This document shows positions 34,823 to 47,575 of a stretch of 64,000 bases of DNA, piece by piece. The notes beneath the pieces were generated by a model, which made no database searches, had not been told where the DNA came from, and saw only the letters and a program-made list of their open reading frames with translations. The stretch's first letter is position 1. Each line of letters opens with the position of its first letter. Source of the DNA: Lingula anatina (taxonomy: Eukaryota > Animalia > Brachiopoda); the NCBI GenBank assembly GCA_051362555.1, contig CM120643.1:27036848-27100847 (forward strand), given 5' to 3'. Made by a program: the position numbers and the translations under genes.

Positions 34823-37203
34823 GTAATTGATGTTGCTGACTTACACTCCCACCGTATCCCTGCTTCGTTACATTCATTCTTCATATTGGCTCTGGCAATG
34901 CAGTTCTTCCTGGTCTTACTGAACCAGTACGCGTCCCCCGGGCACTGCAGTATTGACGGCTTCCCCCGGGAACACAGGTAGAACGAGTTACAATACACGG
35001 GGTGAGGGAAGAAATCGGTCCCCACAGTCGGGCAGGTGAATTTGGCCTCGGTGGGTTTCGGGGTAGTGGTTGTGGTTGTCGTGGAAACGGTGGTAGTGGT
35101 CGTGGTAAATTGGCCGGAGATGGTGATTCGTGGTAATGGCGTCGCTGTTGTTGATGTCGTCAATTCGTAGCCGGCTGAAAAAAAGATCAAGTTTGTTATA
35201 CAGTGCTGCCTGATGTTACATGGTTGTTTTCAATTCAATGTTATAAATCCTTAAGATATTTACATGAAAATGCAAACATATACAACTGTAAATCTTAATA
35301 CGCATGAATGACAAAAGAAGCATATGCAAGTCTGTAAAATTACTGATGACTAAAGATCCACATTTATTTATCAATCGCATGAACATACTGAATAGAAGGG
35401 CATGAAAGTCTTGTGAGTGATTCCTAAACTTGCTCCAAACATGGGCTGATAAAACAACACTACCAAACTAATGGGTAATGGTGTTACTTACGCCAAGTTA
35501 TCCTATCGCCCCATACAGCGCACTCATTCGTCGAGTTCCGGTAGGGGGCGCATCGCCCGTCTTTCTCACTGAAGTAAAGCCCGTTGCTGCAGATGGCCAC
35601 GCTGGACCTCCCAGCAAAGCAGAGGAACATCCGGGTACAATCAGGGTGTCGGTAGGCGCTGAAGGACGCGTCAGGACACTTGAACCTCACCGGTGCTGTA
35701 AAGATCATTTTTTCTTGAGAACTACAGAAGTTGTCTTAACTACTCGTTTACCGTGAAAGTTTATTCTGTCAACAAATGAAATAAGAGATATTCTACAATA
35801 TCTCAGTGCATGTCACATTTTTTTTCAGAATGTTTTAGATAATAAAAACATGTATATTGAGAGAGGAAATGCAGATGACTAAAAATTCACAACTGATCGC
35901 CTGCTACTGGAGACAGTTGAATAAATAAATTAATAAGTAGGTTTGTTTGATAGGTGGGTAAATTGAACATTAAATAAATAACTGAATATCAGAGCAGTAC
36001 TGAGCAGAAAGATAAGAGCCCTAAAGAACAGAAAAGAACAAAACTGAATTAAAACACAGCAAAAGCCTCTGACAATGCAAATTGTGAATAACAGTTATCA
36101 ATTTAAATCTCTTTCAAATACACGGAGGTCGGAGTTTACTTGAATTAATGATCGTTTTCTCCTGGTCAGTCTATCTCTAAAAGTTCCATCAATCGTGTTA
36201 AGATCTTTATTTGGTCAGCCTACTGTAATTAATTTATCAACCCGTTGGCTGGCGGAAGTTATACAGGCCCGCAGCGGGGAACGAAAGAGACCCCCTTTTT
36301 GCCGGTAAAGGCCCTCTCTTGGTAAAACTTTATCTTGGTACACGGAGGTTTCATGGCAAAGGGTTCACTTTTTCAGAAAAAAAAGCCCCCTTTTGAAAAT
36401 GCTGGCTACGAGCCTGTTTATAAAATGAGCATAAAAGAACAATCCTTGTCGTAAAACTTACGCGACACCCTCTTGGCAGTGTGAAGACACTGTGACCTCA
36501 CATTCCCGGCGTTTTCACACTGACTTTTGTATTTGTCATAGAAAGGTCTCATGAAAGGACACTGGTACGACTTCAGCAGCTTCCCGTTCACACAGTGGTA
36601 GAACCGGGTACAGTTATGGTGGTCCATGTACAGGCCATTGGGCCAGCCTCCTTGGCACGTGAATTCAAAACCGCTCACCGGAAATGCTGCGGTTTCTCTT
36701 GGATCTTCTGCAATTGAAAGAATGATATTTTGATTTTTAATTAGTATATGGGGCTATTTCTAAGTGATACATGTATACGCACCACGCGTTACAGAGATCA
36801 CTATAAGCAGAGGCGGCATGCTGACTGTAGAGCTCAGTTTCTAGTAAATTATGTAACTTAAGGAGTCATTGGAAACGGCAGAGGCTACCATGTAGAATTT
36901 TTAGTAGCAGCAAATAAGAAAATAATGCTATAATTCTTTCAATTTAAAATGGGATTTTGTAAAATTGATAATGTTAATGTACAAGTTAGAAAAAATACTG
37001 TCATATTATTGACATCATGTAAACATATCTCAGAAAAATTATGTTAAAAATTCAAATGTAGATTTGTGGATACTCCCATGATTCTACGTGTTTAGTATTT
37101 GTAGGCCTATTCAGCACTTACTTGGTGGTTGTCCGGAACAGATAGCAATTACCGTCACCAGCACAATCACACTTAAGATCGTAGTAGTCTTGCTTGTCAT
37201 CAT
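31782..37203 (-). CDS. Peritrophin-like chitin-binding mucin A (7 CBM14/ChtBD2 domains, signal peptide, probable GPI signal), 698 aa, 8 exons
   Basis: Exons 37203-37122, 36707-36462, 35695-35492, 35174-34845, 34497-34267, 33579-33124, 32581-32318 and 32065-31782; all introns phase 1 GT/AG, total 2097 nt. Signal peptide MMTSKTTTILSVIVLVTVIAICSG. Six-Cys domains such as CKGKIGNFPHPTGCSATYFQC..CAGDLVFNP..CD are separated by Thr/Pro linkers. C-terminus KAGAGATRLSEWIAVVVFLVVMDAFR*. Confidence 0.9.
33925..34210 (+). mobile_element. Penelope-like element 3' remnant (GIY-YIG C-terminus + pLTR with hammerhead-like motif)
   Basis: Translates VLKAIHIKKTGASLNRNDGAILPDLYLPFL (cf. PLE EAIxI..PSLNRDxG..LP..Y). 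Followed by CTGATGA-A-GATGT..ACATC-GAAA at 34114-34143. Confidence 0.75.
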
Positions 37204-39374
37204 GCGTATCTGGATACCTTAAAGTAATGATCATACAAATTTACATACATACAAATTTACCCGGTAAATAAAATAATAAATAAATCAGTGGCATAGATGA
37301 GCACATTTGTAACAAAACACTATGAAATGATAGAATTAAACAAGGAAAAATAGCGGATTGTAAAAATGTATGCTAAATAGTTTCATCAGCTGTGTAATTC
37401 CATTGTATTGAATCATGTTTGTATTATCAAAATTAACAACAATTTCATCGACGAGACGGGAACATGACAATTCAGAGAACACTTCACTACTTCCATTGGT
37501 TTCTAGAAACTGAGATAAACTACCGGATATCAAATCTGGGCCGTACATCGCTAATATTCACTAAGATCCGGAAAAGATCACAGAGAATGAACAATGAGGA
37601 CCAGCCACTGGGTCACAGGGGGGACTCGCCAGTACATCGCAAAATACACAAAGAGACAAGTTAATATCGACTTCCAAAGACCACTTCAATATACAGACAT
37701 CTGATTATAGCCATCTATGCTACCTTGTAAAGCGGAGATCGCACCACCCGTCACCACCCAAAAAATTTGGTCAGCTCACAATATCCGTTGTAATCACATA
37801 CAAATATGAAAGAAATAAAACAGATAAACAAAATGTAAATAACCAATACTCCCTTTAAGTTGAAATTTGTTTAAAACGACTGAGTCAGACAGGCCTCAAC
37901 ACTATTTTCCATGACGGAAATAGGGTAAACTGTATGAAGTCTATTTTGTCATACTGCATTAAGCCATACTGTTGCGGTTCAGCACGCACGACTGAACTAG
38001 CTTTTTCACCCCACTGGTGTGGGTGAGCACAGGACAAAATGCGCACACCTTAGCGTACTCATGACTTACGAGTAATTACACGCACTATTTTTAGGATGTC
38101 GGATTTTTTAATAGTATGCTCCCAAAGGCCTGTCAAGTGCAATAACACTTTGAGAAGACTTTTGATAAAAGATTTATGTATTTGTATTAATGGACAACGC
38201 CTAAGTTTCTTAATACCCTGACGTTATAAGAGAGATATAAAAGTCACCTGCACGTTATTGTTTTGTACTATTTTATTTTATTTTTATTTATCTATTTGAT
38301 TTTTCTTAAACACGAGGTACTTAACCAATTTCCGTTTTAAGTGTGTTTTATAATACACAAACAATGGCTGAAAAAAACTTTATTATGGTTGTTATTTTTA
38401 TCGTTATTATTATTATTATCGAAAGGTAATTTTATTTCTGAAGGTATTTGACAGTTTTTATGTTTTGCAGAGACTTTAGTGTATGACATGGAGTTTGGTT
38501 GGCCAAAGAAAATGACTTCTATGAAACTTCGTACAAATAATTATTTTAAAAAGTTTAATTAATACAACGCCTTTACAACTCTGGTACGAAAGATTCAGTT
38601 ACATCATTGGCTTCATTCCGGAAAATTACCAAAATACACCAGGCTAGTTTAAAATGTACCATCCCTTTTATTATGAAAAAACAAAACACCTTTCGTATCT
38701 TAAATGAAGATTGTATTACTTCTTTATTTAAAAATTAGTTAATGGGCCTACTGGCTACTTTCGTGTATTTATCAATATTTAGTAAATATTGTTTACTTAT
38801 TTATTCATTTTTGTCCAGATAAGGTAGGTTAGTTAATCACTTATCTCTGGTAAAGATTGGTTACTTACTTACTTTTATTTAATGAAGATTGCTTAGACTA
38901 GGTATTTATTTATCTGTTGTGCAGATGGGATATTTACTCACTATAGACTCCCCATAGAGCAGTTGACACATTAGAACAAATAATATAATGTATCAACCTA
39001 TGGTGACTGGTATACATAAATATTCGGCTGTCCATCCATCTATTTATCCAACCAATATGTCTGTTTGTCCGACTGTATGTCTCCCTTTTTATCTACCAAA
39101 GTGTTTAAAGGCAGTGCGCCAGCGTGTTGTAAGTGATACTATACAATATATACTGTACTGGGTGCAGTACACGTCGACTATTAGCACCAGTATACACCTT
39201 ACATTTGAAAATGTTCATTTCCCCTCTTAAACTTCAGGTCAGAGTGCCAGAGTGTAAACAGTTTGATCCGGCAACACTGTCTTTTTGTGTATCAGGAACT
39301 TCGAGTTAAATACTTAAATTAAATCTCTATCTTTTACCAGGGACCAAAATGGCGGAGAGTTAAAATTATAATAA

Positions 39375-40141
39375 AGGGACGTGATAAAACTGGAAACTAG
39401 ATTTTCAGAAGGAAGGCGTAAAGTTGAATTCATAATGCTTTCATAATCCAGTATACTGTATGATATCATTCTATATACAGTTGTATAAACAATAATAAGA
39501 GTACCAGTAGCTGTTATAATATATCAATTATATATCAATTATAAAAACTTAGCTATGTTAAGGGTAATAAAGGCATAACTTACCAAGTGAAAATACCACA
39601 GTTCTGAGCACGAGACACTACTGAAGGAGAGCCAAGGACAGAGTGTGGCATTAATGGCGAAGTCATGACTTTTTTTCTTAACTGAGATTCCAAAAGTTCT
39701 TGCACACATCTTCCACATACATGCACGACTGTGTATCCCTCTATATGAAATATCACAGAGGTGTCAATGATTTTGTTACACGATGTATACCAGCCACGAG
39801 ATTTGCTTAATTGAAAACGTTCAGACATTCCACTTGGTTAAGATGTATTCAAATCAGCGCCTTAACTGGCATTATATGAGTCCCCCACCAATTAAAGTGT
39901 TTTAATGTCTTCCTTGCTGAGCATGATTCACTTTTATTGCTCTAATGTTCTCGAATTTTAAAAACACCGGTGTAACATTATTTTGGGGCTTTTATAATTT
40001 TATCCGCTGTGCCTGTGGACAATTTCCTTATAAAAATTGTGGGATGTTTCCAATACCATAAACGGCGTCCAGAATTTATCAAAGTGAACGGTATAACCAT
40101 TTTGTGGTTTGAATTATATGCTTAGTAGGTTTCACGTCCCT
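39375..40141. mobile_element. Kolobok-like MITE
   Basis: Termini AGGGACGTGA / TCACGTCCCT. Flanks ATAA / TTAA. Confidence 0.6.
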
Positions 40142-40923
40142 TTAAAGATGGGATGGTGTTTTTATAAGACCTTAGTATCTTTTGAATAATTGTAAAAGAA
40201 TGACGAGATCAGAAACATGGAGGAATATATATCCATTTTGATATAATCTGGTTAATATTAAGAGTTGTCATTAAAACGAGAGTTACAAACGAATCTTAAG
40301 AGCGACAACGCCTTCGACAGCAGTGATGGGTACTTATAATAATTTCTTAACAACAATGTGTAGAAAGTAAAACGTGAGTAGAAATTTATTGTCACATTAA
40401 TAATAGAGACATTCTGAAATCTACGCATTTCCACATAGCTGTTGCATAACCTGTAACTCACTGACGACATCTCAATCTGGAAATTTACAAACATGAAAAT
40501 ATTGGACAGGTTTGACAATAATGTTATACCCACTCTACATCTCTTAATCCAAACATAGCCAATACACCATAATACACGCTTATAAATACATGTACAAGTG
40601 ACAAAATGACCAGTGACCAGTTTAAATGTTTATCCTACCTCCTGGCATTAAAATCGTGTATATCTTCCCTGCCTTACAATGACTGTCAACAGATTTGCCT
40701 GTAATCATTAACATGTTACTATGACGACGCTCACGTGAACCAGCCGAAGTCGGTCACAATCATCGGATAACGGACATTTTAAGTCTAGTATTTATATATA
40801 TTCGAAACCTATGCAAATATTATCTCAACAAGTTTTCCCGTAGTCGTCATAACATTTTTTAATTTATCTTTCAATCAACTGTATAGTCTCGACTGTATAG
40901 TTTCAATGTACTCCTGCAAGCCA

Positions 40924-43828
40924 TTAATCACAACCAGCAACTCTATTCTTATAAGTACATAGCTGCACGGTCTTGGGGTTGAAGTATAACTCCCCGCTGC
41001 ATTGCAGCGTCACGACCCTCGTCCCTCCAAATATACACTGGTAGTAGGTCTGGCTGCAGCCGGACGCGTGGGGGAAGTAGCCGTCCTGGCCCTTACAGTC
41101 GTATGGAGGGGGAGTGGTCGGCCCGGGGGTGGTAGACTCAGTCGTTGTCGTGGCTGGAGAGATATGGGTGGGACAGATAAAAAGTGAGCTTCGACAGAAT
41201 CCTGAGAGTGAGAAAGAGAGAGAGAAAAAGAGGGAGAGAGAGAGAGAGAGAGGGAGGAGGATGACGACAAGAAAGGAAGCCAAAGAGAAAGCTAGAGATA
41301 AGGAGGGTTGGATGAATTAAAACAGAATACATAATCGTTAAACAGTATTGTTAGAAGGAAAGATTTAAGAAATGCACAAGGTCGTTTATCTATTTTGCTG
41401 CACTGTAGAATACATTAAAAAATTGGCAACTATTACAAAAAGTTACAAATAAAATCATCGTAAGCATGTTACTGGGTGAAGACCTGTTACAGACAATACC
41501 AATATGCGTATCTTCATCAAACGTATATTATACTCACTGGGTGCCGAGCCATTACAGACTGGCGTCCACTCCTTGAGGTCACACTGCCCTCCCCACTCAG
41601 TGTCAGGGTTGAACACCAAGTCCCCGGGACAGGTCAGCTCGTTCACCCGCGTCCCGCCATATATACACTGGTAGTAGGTGCTACTGCAGCCCGTGGGGTG
41701 GGGGAAGTTACCGTCCTCCCCCTGGCAGTCGTAGATAGGGGGCGTGGTAGGACCGGGAGTTGTTGGGGGCGTGGTCGTGGTAGAAGGTATAACTTTAAAA
41801 AAGAACAAAAAATAAAAGAAAGTTTAAAACTGAATATGACCCCGTTTTCACATGTCGAAATCGGCCTCTCCGTAAAGAAGGATATAAAGTCTAACAAATA
41901 TTCAGTCCGATTTATGTGTTTCTATACTGTAAAAGGACATTTTGTGTTTCTTGCAATTGGCATTCGATTTTAACTTGTTGCCGCTTACTCTCTTTGTGAT
42001 TGCAGTCATTTAACTGAAGATGGTGAAACTGATAACAAACTAAATAAATAATGAATAGATAACTTAAAAAGTAAATAAGATTTCACTGTATATATATGAA
42101 TAATATGAAAAATAGGCCTATATAAAGACGAAGTTTAGACTACCTTCCCATCGTAACCCTGATTCCAGCTCGCATTCATCTTTCAATTTCCCCTTCAGCA
42201 CACAGGTCATCTGGCGCTTGCTGAACCAGTAGTTTTTATTGGGACAAGGTCTGGCCCGGAACCTCCCGTTACGACATATCAGAAACTGGTCGCACTGTCT
42301 GGGATGGTGGTAAATGGCCGTCCTGCGGCTGGGGCACACAAATAACGGCGTGGTGGACTGGGGCACGGTGCTCTCCGTGGTCCCGGGGGTGGTGGTCGTA
42401 GTGGTATAGGGGGCAGCAGTGGTGGTCGTGGTAGAGGTGTACCCGGCTGTAACAAACAGAGCAGTGAAATGAGCGAATTCCGTGAAGGAGTTTTTTCAAA
42501 GTAACTTTTCAAAATTCACTAAAAATTTAGTTGGTTAAACGTCGTGTCACACCGGATGACCGGATGGACTTGAGGTAATAGCATTCGCCTAAGGAAAGGG
42601 AGGAAAAGGGTTCGATCCCGATTCCCGCTCCAAGGACATACCAGTTCTTGACAAATAGGTAGGTCTACATGTACCTGCTTTCTAATTGCTAAATGCAATC
42701 ATGCAGATTCTAGAAGGGGAAAGTACCTGGTCTGTGGGTGTAAGGTATACAATATCGCGGTTATCTGCCAAATAAAATTTCCTTTCACATGCACCCATTA
42801 AAAAAACCAACTGAAAACACCAGAGCGGTACGTAGTTTTACAGTCATGTTGGAACTACCTGGTACTAGTATGCTGCTGCCGGAGAATCGCTGGGGTGACA
42901 AGAATCTCCTGATGATGAGATGTTAAAATGATTCAGAATATCCTGAATGCGTTCATACTTACGCCACGTAATCCTTGCCCCCCACGGCGTACAGACATCC
43001 TTGGACTTCTCGTAAGGCGCACACCGTCCCGAGATCTCGTCGAAAACCTGGCCGTTCGCGCACACCGCTTTGCTCTGGCGGCCGGAGAAACATAACGTCA
43101 TGTGAGTACAGTCCGGGTGTGCTCTACCGCCGCTCTTTCCCTTGGGACATTTCCAGTCTCGACTCAATGGAGCTGGAAAACGTCAAGTTGGCTAAAATGG
43201 GGTAAGAGTAATCTGCCCGAACCGCTCGATAGATAAGATAAACTGTACAATGAAATTAAACGAAACAATAATTGTTTAATTAACATTGTGTTTTATGACT
43301 GTGGTTAGATATTTTAAAGCTGGCATTGCATCAGTCTGAGTTTAAGTTTAAGGCTGTCGTTTATCTTACTGATGTCAATGAAATAGCAACGTGATAAAAA
43401 CATAGGAATCAAAATTCGAACTAAGAATTTAGAGAAAAAAAAAATTTTAACGAAATCATCTATATTTTCTCCTTCATATCCTCACGCCATGGCTGTCGTT
43501 TATGTTTGTCGCATTGTCTTCCTATTTCTCTTGCTGTCACACAGCTCTTCTTCAGCTTGTCGTAGTACACCCTCTCCTTGTTAGGGCAGTGGAACGCCCC
43601 GCCGGGCTTGGACGTCGTGCCGTTGGCGCAGATGTAGAAGAAACGGCAGTCATTGTTATCGGCGTAGAACCCGTCGGGCCAGTCTTTGCAGTCATAGACG
43701 CGTAATGCATTCTTAACAGGATACGCCGAGATGTCTTTTGGTTTCAAGCCAGAGGGGGCCTGGGCAGAGACCAGGGTGTGGATCATCATAGCGACTGCAG
43801 CGATCCTAGCGATGATGACGCCCCCCAT
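40924..43828 (-). CDS. Peritrophin-like chitin-binding mucin B (5 CBM14 domains, secreted), 446 aa, 5 coding exons
   Basis: Exons 43828-43486, 43172-42963, 42446-42144, 41792-41538 and 41153-40924; all phase 1, total 1341 nt. Signal peptide MGGVIIARIAAVAMMIHTLVSA. Exon-by-exon paralogy to gene A (e.g. HPDCT..LCF.GR.S.A.C.NG..F.E..GRCAPY..S..C..WG.RITW). No hydrophobic tail. Confidence 0.9.
42550..42760 (+). repeat. Degenerate tRNA-derived SINE in an intron of gene B
   Basis: CCGGATGG..GAGGTAA.AGCATTCGCC...GGGTTCGATCCCG (B-box at ~42608), followed by a SINE-like body. The end is approximate. Confidence 0.5.
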
Positions 43829-44160
43829 TTTCTATCAGTTGCGTTGTTCGACAACTGATAGGCAGAAGAAAAAAAATGAAAAATTAAGTAGAATACAGCC
43901 TAAAAGAAGCAAACACATAAACATGATTTTCAGGTGCAAACAAAACTCAAAAAGCGAATATGGCAAAATATCAGTGGTGAATACTTTCGTCAAACAGATA
44001 AAACAATCCTGAAAAAGGCTTATTTTATAGTTTCTAGATAGTATGATGGTTAGTCTTGACTAAGAGACTGAATAACAAGAGAGATTAAGGTGGTCCAAAG
44101 TCAGCATATTTCTTTTCGACTTGTCCTTAGACATCGGTCAACATCTAAAGATAGGCAACC

Positions 44161-44260
44161 CAGTGACGGATTTGGGGGGGGGGGGGTCAGGAGGGTCTTC
44201 GCATCTTAAGTGTCCTCGAATCTGCACCCCCCCCCCTTTCAAAAAATCCTGGATCCGTTG
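44161..44260. mobile_element. hAT-like MITE family copy
   Basis: CAGTGACGGATTTGGGG... / ...AAAATCCTGGATCCG. Confidence 0.6.
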
Positions 44261-44416
44261 ATAATAATACCATGTTTGCAGACTGGTGATGCGCAGGTTA
44301 ATACACATGTGTACGGCCCACGACCTGTTGATTATTATGGCAGATATATACATGTACAACTGGCCCTCTCTGTGAGAAAGTAGAAAGTTTCCATTTGATC
44401 CGATCGATCCTAATGT

Positions 44417-44497
44417 AGCTTCTGTGGCTCCGTGGTAACTCCGCTGTCTTGGAGACAGCACGACGTTTGTACGTGGGTTCGAATCCTAAGGCTCGCT
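44417..44497 (+). pseudogene. tRNA-like sequence (pseudo-tRNA or SINE head)
   Basis: A-box-like TGGCTCCGTGG, stem-loop GCTGT-CTTGGAG-ACAGC, variable-arm hairpin ACGT-TTGT-ACGT and B-box GGTTCGAATCC. The acceptor stem does not pair properly. Confidence 0.45.
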
Positions 44498-45389
44498 AAA
44501 TAACTCTCTTTTGCTCGAAATAATTTCTGCAAATTGCGTTTGATAACTATAAGAAGAAACGCGTAGGTATGGACGCTAGGTGAGTCAGTCACGGCTCAGC
44601 CGATAGCGCTCAGCTTTAAACAAAAATACAAAGCCACCAGCAAACCATGTTTACGAAAAGTCACGAGATCAAATTCCAGCTGACGCATGCCAGCTCACCA
44701 CATTGACGAGCTAGGCTCCGCAATCGAAAACGAATGTAGGCTCTCGTGTGTCCGAGGAAATTACCTCTTGCATAAAACCCGGTATAGTTTAGAATTAGTG
44801 ATCGATTTGAAAACAACTGATTGCTCGTCATTATCATAGAGTCTGCGTCGTCAATTATATTTCTTTTCTCTATGATTCAAAGTCTTTAAAATGATACTTT
44901 GGCGGGGATCTCTATCCTTTACCAGCTTCTCAACAGATCAAAATTGAATTGAGTCAATACCTTACCTGGCATGACGTCATGCATGTCATACAGCCCTTTC
45001 ATAAAGAGGTTATCTGCTCGTTGGAATTATCAGTAAGAAAGTTTTTTTTTCAAAAGTCACATAGCCGCTAATGCTTTACCTAATCATACATTTTGTTTTT
45101 ATGCCCTGCTTATCAAGACTGTACATATATTCATACAGTACCCGGGGCAACTCCACAGTGGACGTTTGAAATGGCAAAGACTACTCAAAACTAAAACGGC
45201 TAATTAGTCAACCGCTTTGGGTCTCACCGTGCTCAATAACGGCACGTGAAGTCAAACATAAACTGAGTGTAAATCAAAATGAAAATAACAGCATCTGAAA
45301 GCATCTAACTAGGAACCTTCCGGGCAGGCTAAGGTAATAGACAGACCCAGAGTCAGCGAGAGTTATGTGGCGTACGCGAGTGCGTCATA

Positions 45390-45591
45390 CAGTGGCGGAT
45401 TTAGGGGGTTCTGAAAAAAAGAATACACTAATTTTCTTCTCTTGAAATTAGAATTTTAATTAACAGATTCATAGTTCTAAATCGCACTAAATGGCGCCGT
45501 TTGCCCTCTTAAATGCTCCAAGAGGCCTGAGGGTCGGCTTCTTATTAAAAAAAAAGGGACCCACATTCAAATAATCATGGATCCGCCCCTG
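45390..45591. mobile_element. hAT-like MITE family copy followed by (AT)n
   Basis: CAGTGGCGGATTTAGGGGG ... GGATCCGCCCCTG; (AT)n at 45610-45668. Confidence 0.75.
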
Positions 45592-45606
45592 CGACCTCTC
45601 AGCTAG

Positions 45607-45671
<65 letters not shown>

Positions 45672-46390
45672 TCGCCCCTACCCCCCACTCCCCCACCACC
45701 ACCACCCAACTTATTTCAACCAGGGCTCTCAAATGAGCGATCCCTAGATGTCGCATTAAGGCTGAAGATCACCGTTCACGTGACCAGTGAGCACAGCTGG
45801 TGGATCGAAACGTCTTGTACTGTATGCCTCTCGTCATTTAGTCTTAAGTCAAGAGTAATTCTGTTTTATATAGGTTTAACCCCCACCCCCACCCCAAACA
45901 TATATTGTGTAATGAACAGGTCCTACTGTATGATATTTAACACAATTATCAATTGTAATATCTGTCAAAAAAGACGGATTTTGGCAGAATTGTATATAGA
46001 GAATGTCATCGCCAGCTAATACCTGTAATCTGTTGCACAACAATATCAAGATTTGACAGCAGATGGCCAGAATACTTGAGTTTAACGCAACATTAAGTTG
46101 ACAAGACGCCTTTCTACTTCTTAAGTCAGGTTGAAACGAGTTCACTGATGTTAATAGCCATCCCATAGCCATCTCCATTGTATTAAGTGCATTTATGGCA
46201 CAGAAAGCTTTTGAATATGTGGCTCCGACTTACATATATTAGACATACTAGGAAAAAGACATAAATCGTATATTCACTTTGTATACATATTTTTTCAGAA
46301 ACTCAACGTCTACATACCTTTCCTGCAGTATGACCGTACAAGTCACTATCAAGGCTGCCTCCGTCTCAGGGTAAACAAGGTGAACTTTAA

Positions 46391-46750
46391 AGGGATAACA
46401 ACTGTTCACTTTGGCCCCCCCCAAAAAAGGATTTCCCTAGGGTAAAGGACAATATTCCCATACTTACAAATGGCTAATGAATCCATTCCCACTTTCAAAG
46501 TTAGTCCCGGTTTTGTTTTGTTTTTTGTTTTTTTTTTCTAAAAAGTTTGTTTTTTTGTTTTTTCTCTCTTAAGAGATTATTACACAGTGTAGCCATCTGG
46601 AGGTCACGTGATGTGATGGCAAACACAAAATCCAGAATAACTGCGTAAACCGCCGTTTTGGTGGCGAAATAGAATTTATTATATTTCTATGAGTTGTTTA
46701 CTATGTATTTACTGTGAAAAATGGATATCTTACTAACAGTTGTTATCCCT
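46391..46750. mobile_element. Kolobok-type MITE
   Basis: 16-bp perfect TIR AGGGATAACAACTGTT / AACAGTTGTTATCCCT. TTAA TSD at 46387-46390 and 46751-46754. Confidence 0.88.
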
Positions 46751-47454
46751 TTAAGTCTGAGAACTAGTTTGTGGTGGGAACCCTCCCAGTTTCATGGGCT
46801 TGAAGCTGTCAGGTGTTATTCATACACCGCGACTAATGGGCCATTGACTGACATTGTATAACCATTAGGTATACACTAAACTACCATACAGCGCCACACA
46901 GTTTTGATAACTTCATTATCCGAATTATTTTTGAGAAACATCACGCTAGGGAGAATATAACAATAGAATAAAAAAAAGCTGCTCGCCCCGCTTCGTGTAA
47001 CTGCGCAGACTTCAGATACATCCTTGCATTAACTAGTTTCTTGTGTAACAATTTTATTAATTAATTTCTTCTTTTTCTTTTCTTTCGGGAGATACAGAAA
47101 ATGTGTATTTACTCTGTTTAATGGTTGCATGATTAACTGTAAAACCTGCCCTCATCATTATAACAAAATAAAAGATCATATATTTTATTCTGTTATAAAA
47201 TTAGAAAATATCAATGAATATAATGAACCAAAAGCCAAGTAAGCGATAAAATACCCGAACAATAGAAGCTAGTCTTCTAAATCCAATTAGTATTCTATAT
47301 TTTTTCTTGAGCCACCATTCATTCTCTGAACAATGCTTTTTATCATTCATTCCAAAGCCATAATCACTTTTGTGATGTCACAATCACTTTTGTGATTGTC
47401 AGCTTAATACAACAATATCGCTTCCACGGCACTGTGCAATTTCCACGAAGCTGA

Positions 47455-47510
47455 CTGTGACGTTAGCGACTTTTTAGTGTGACGTCATGGACGTCGCTAA
47501 GAGACGTCAG
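47455..47510 (+). promoter_or_regulatory. Cluster of CRE/ATF-like sites upstream of the unrecognised plus-strand gene
   Basis: Perfect TGACGTCA at 47480-47487, plus TGACGTTA, GGACGTCG and AGACGTCA, all within ~55 bp and about 65-120 nt upstream of ATG 47576. Confidence 0.45.
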
Positions 47511-47575
47511 CCAGATGTCCTAGGTGCAAACATAGCCAGCAACCACATGTAACAACCTCTCCAAACTTAAGCGCA

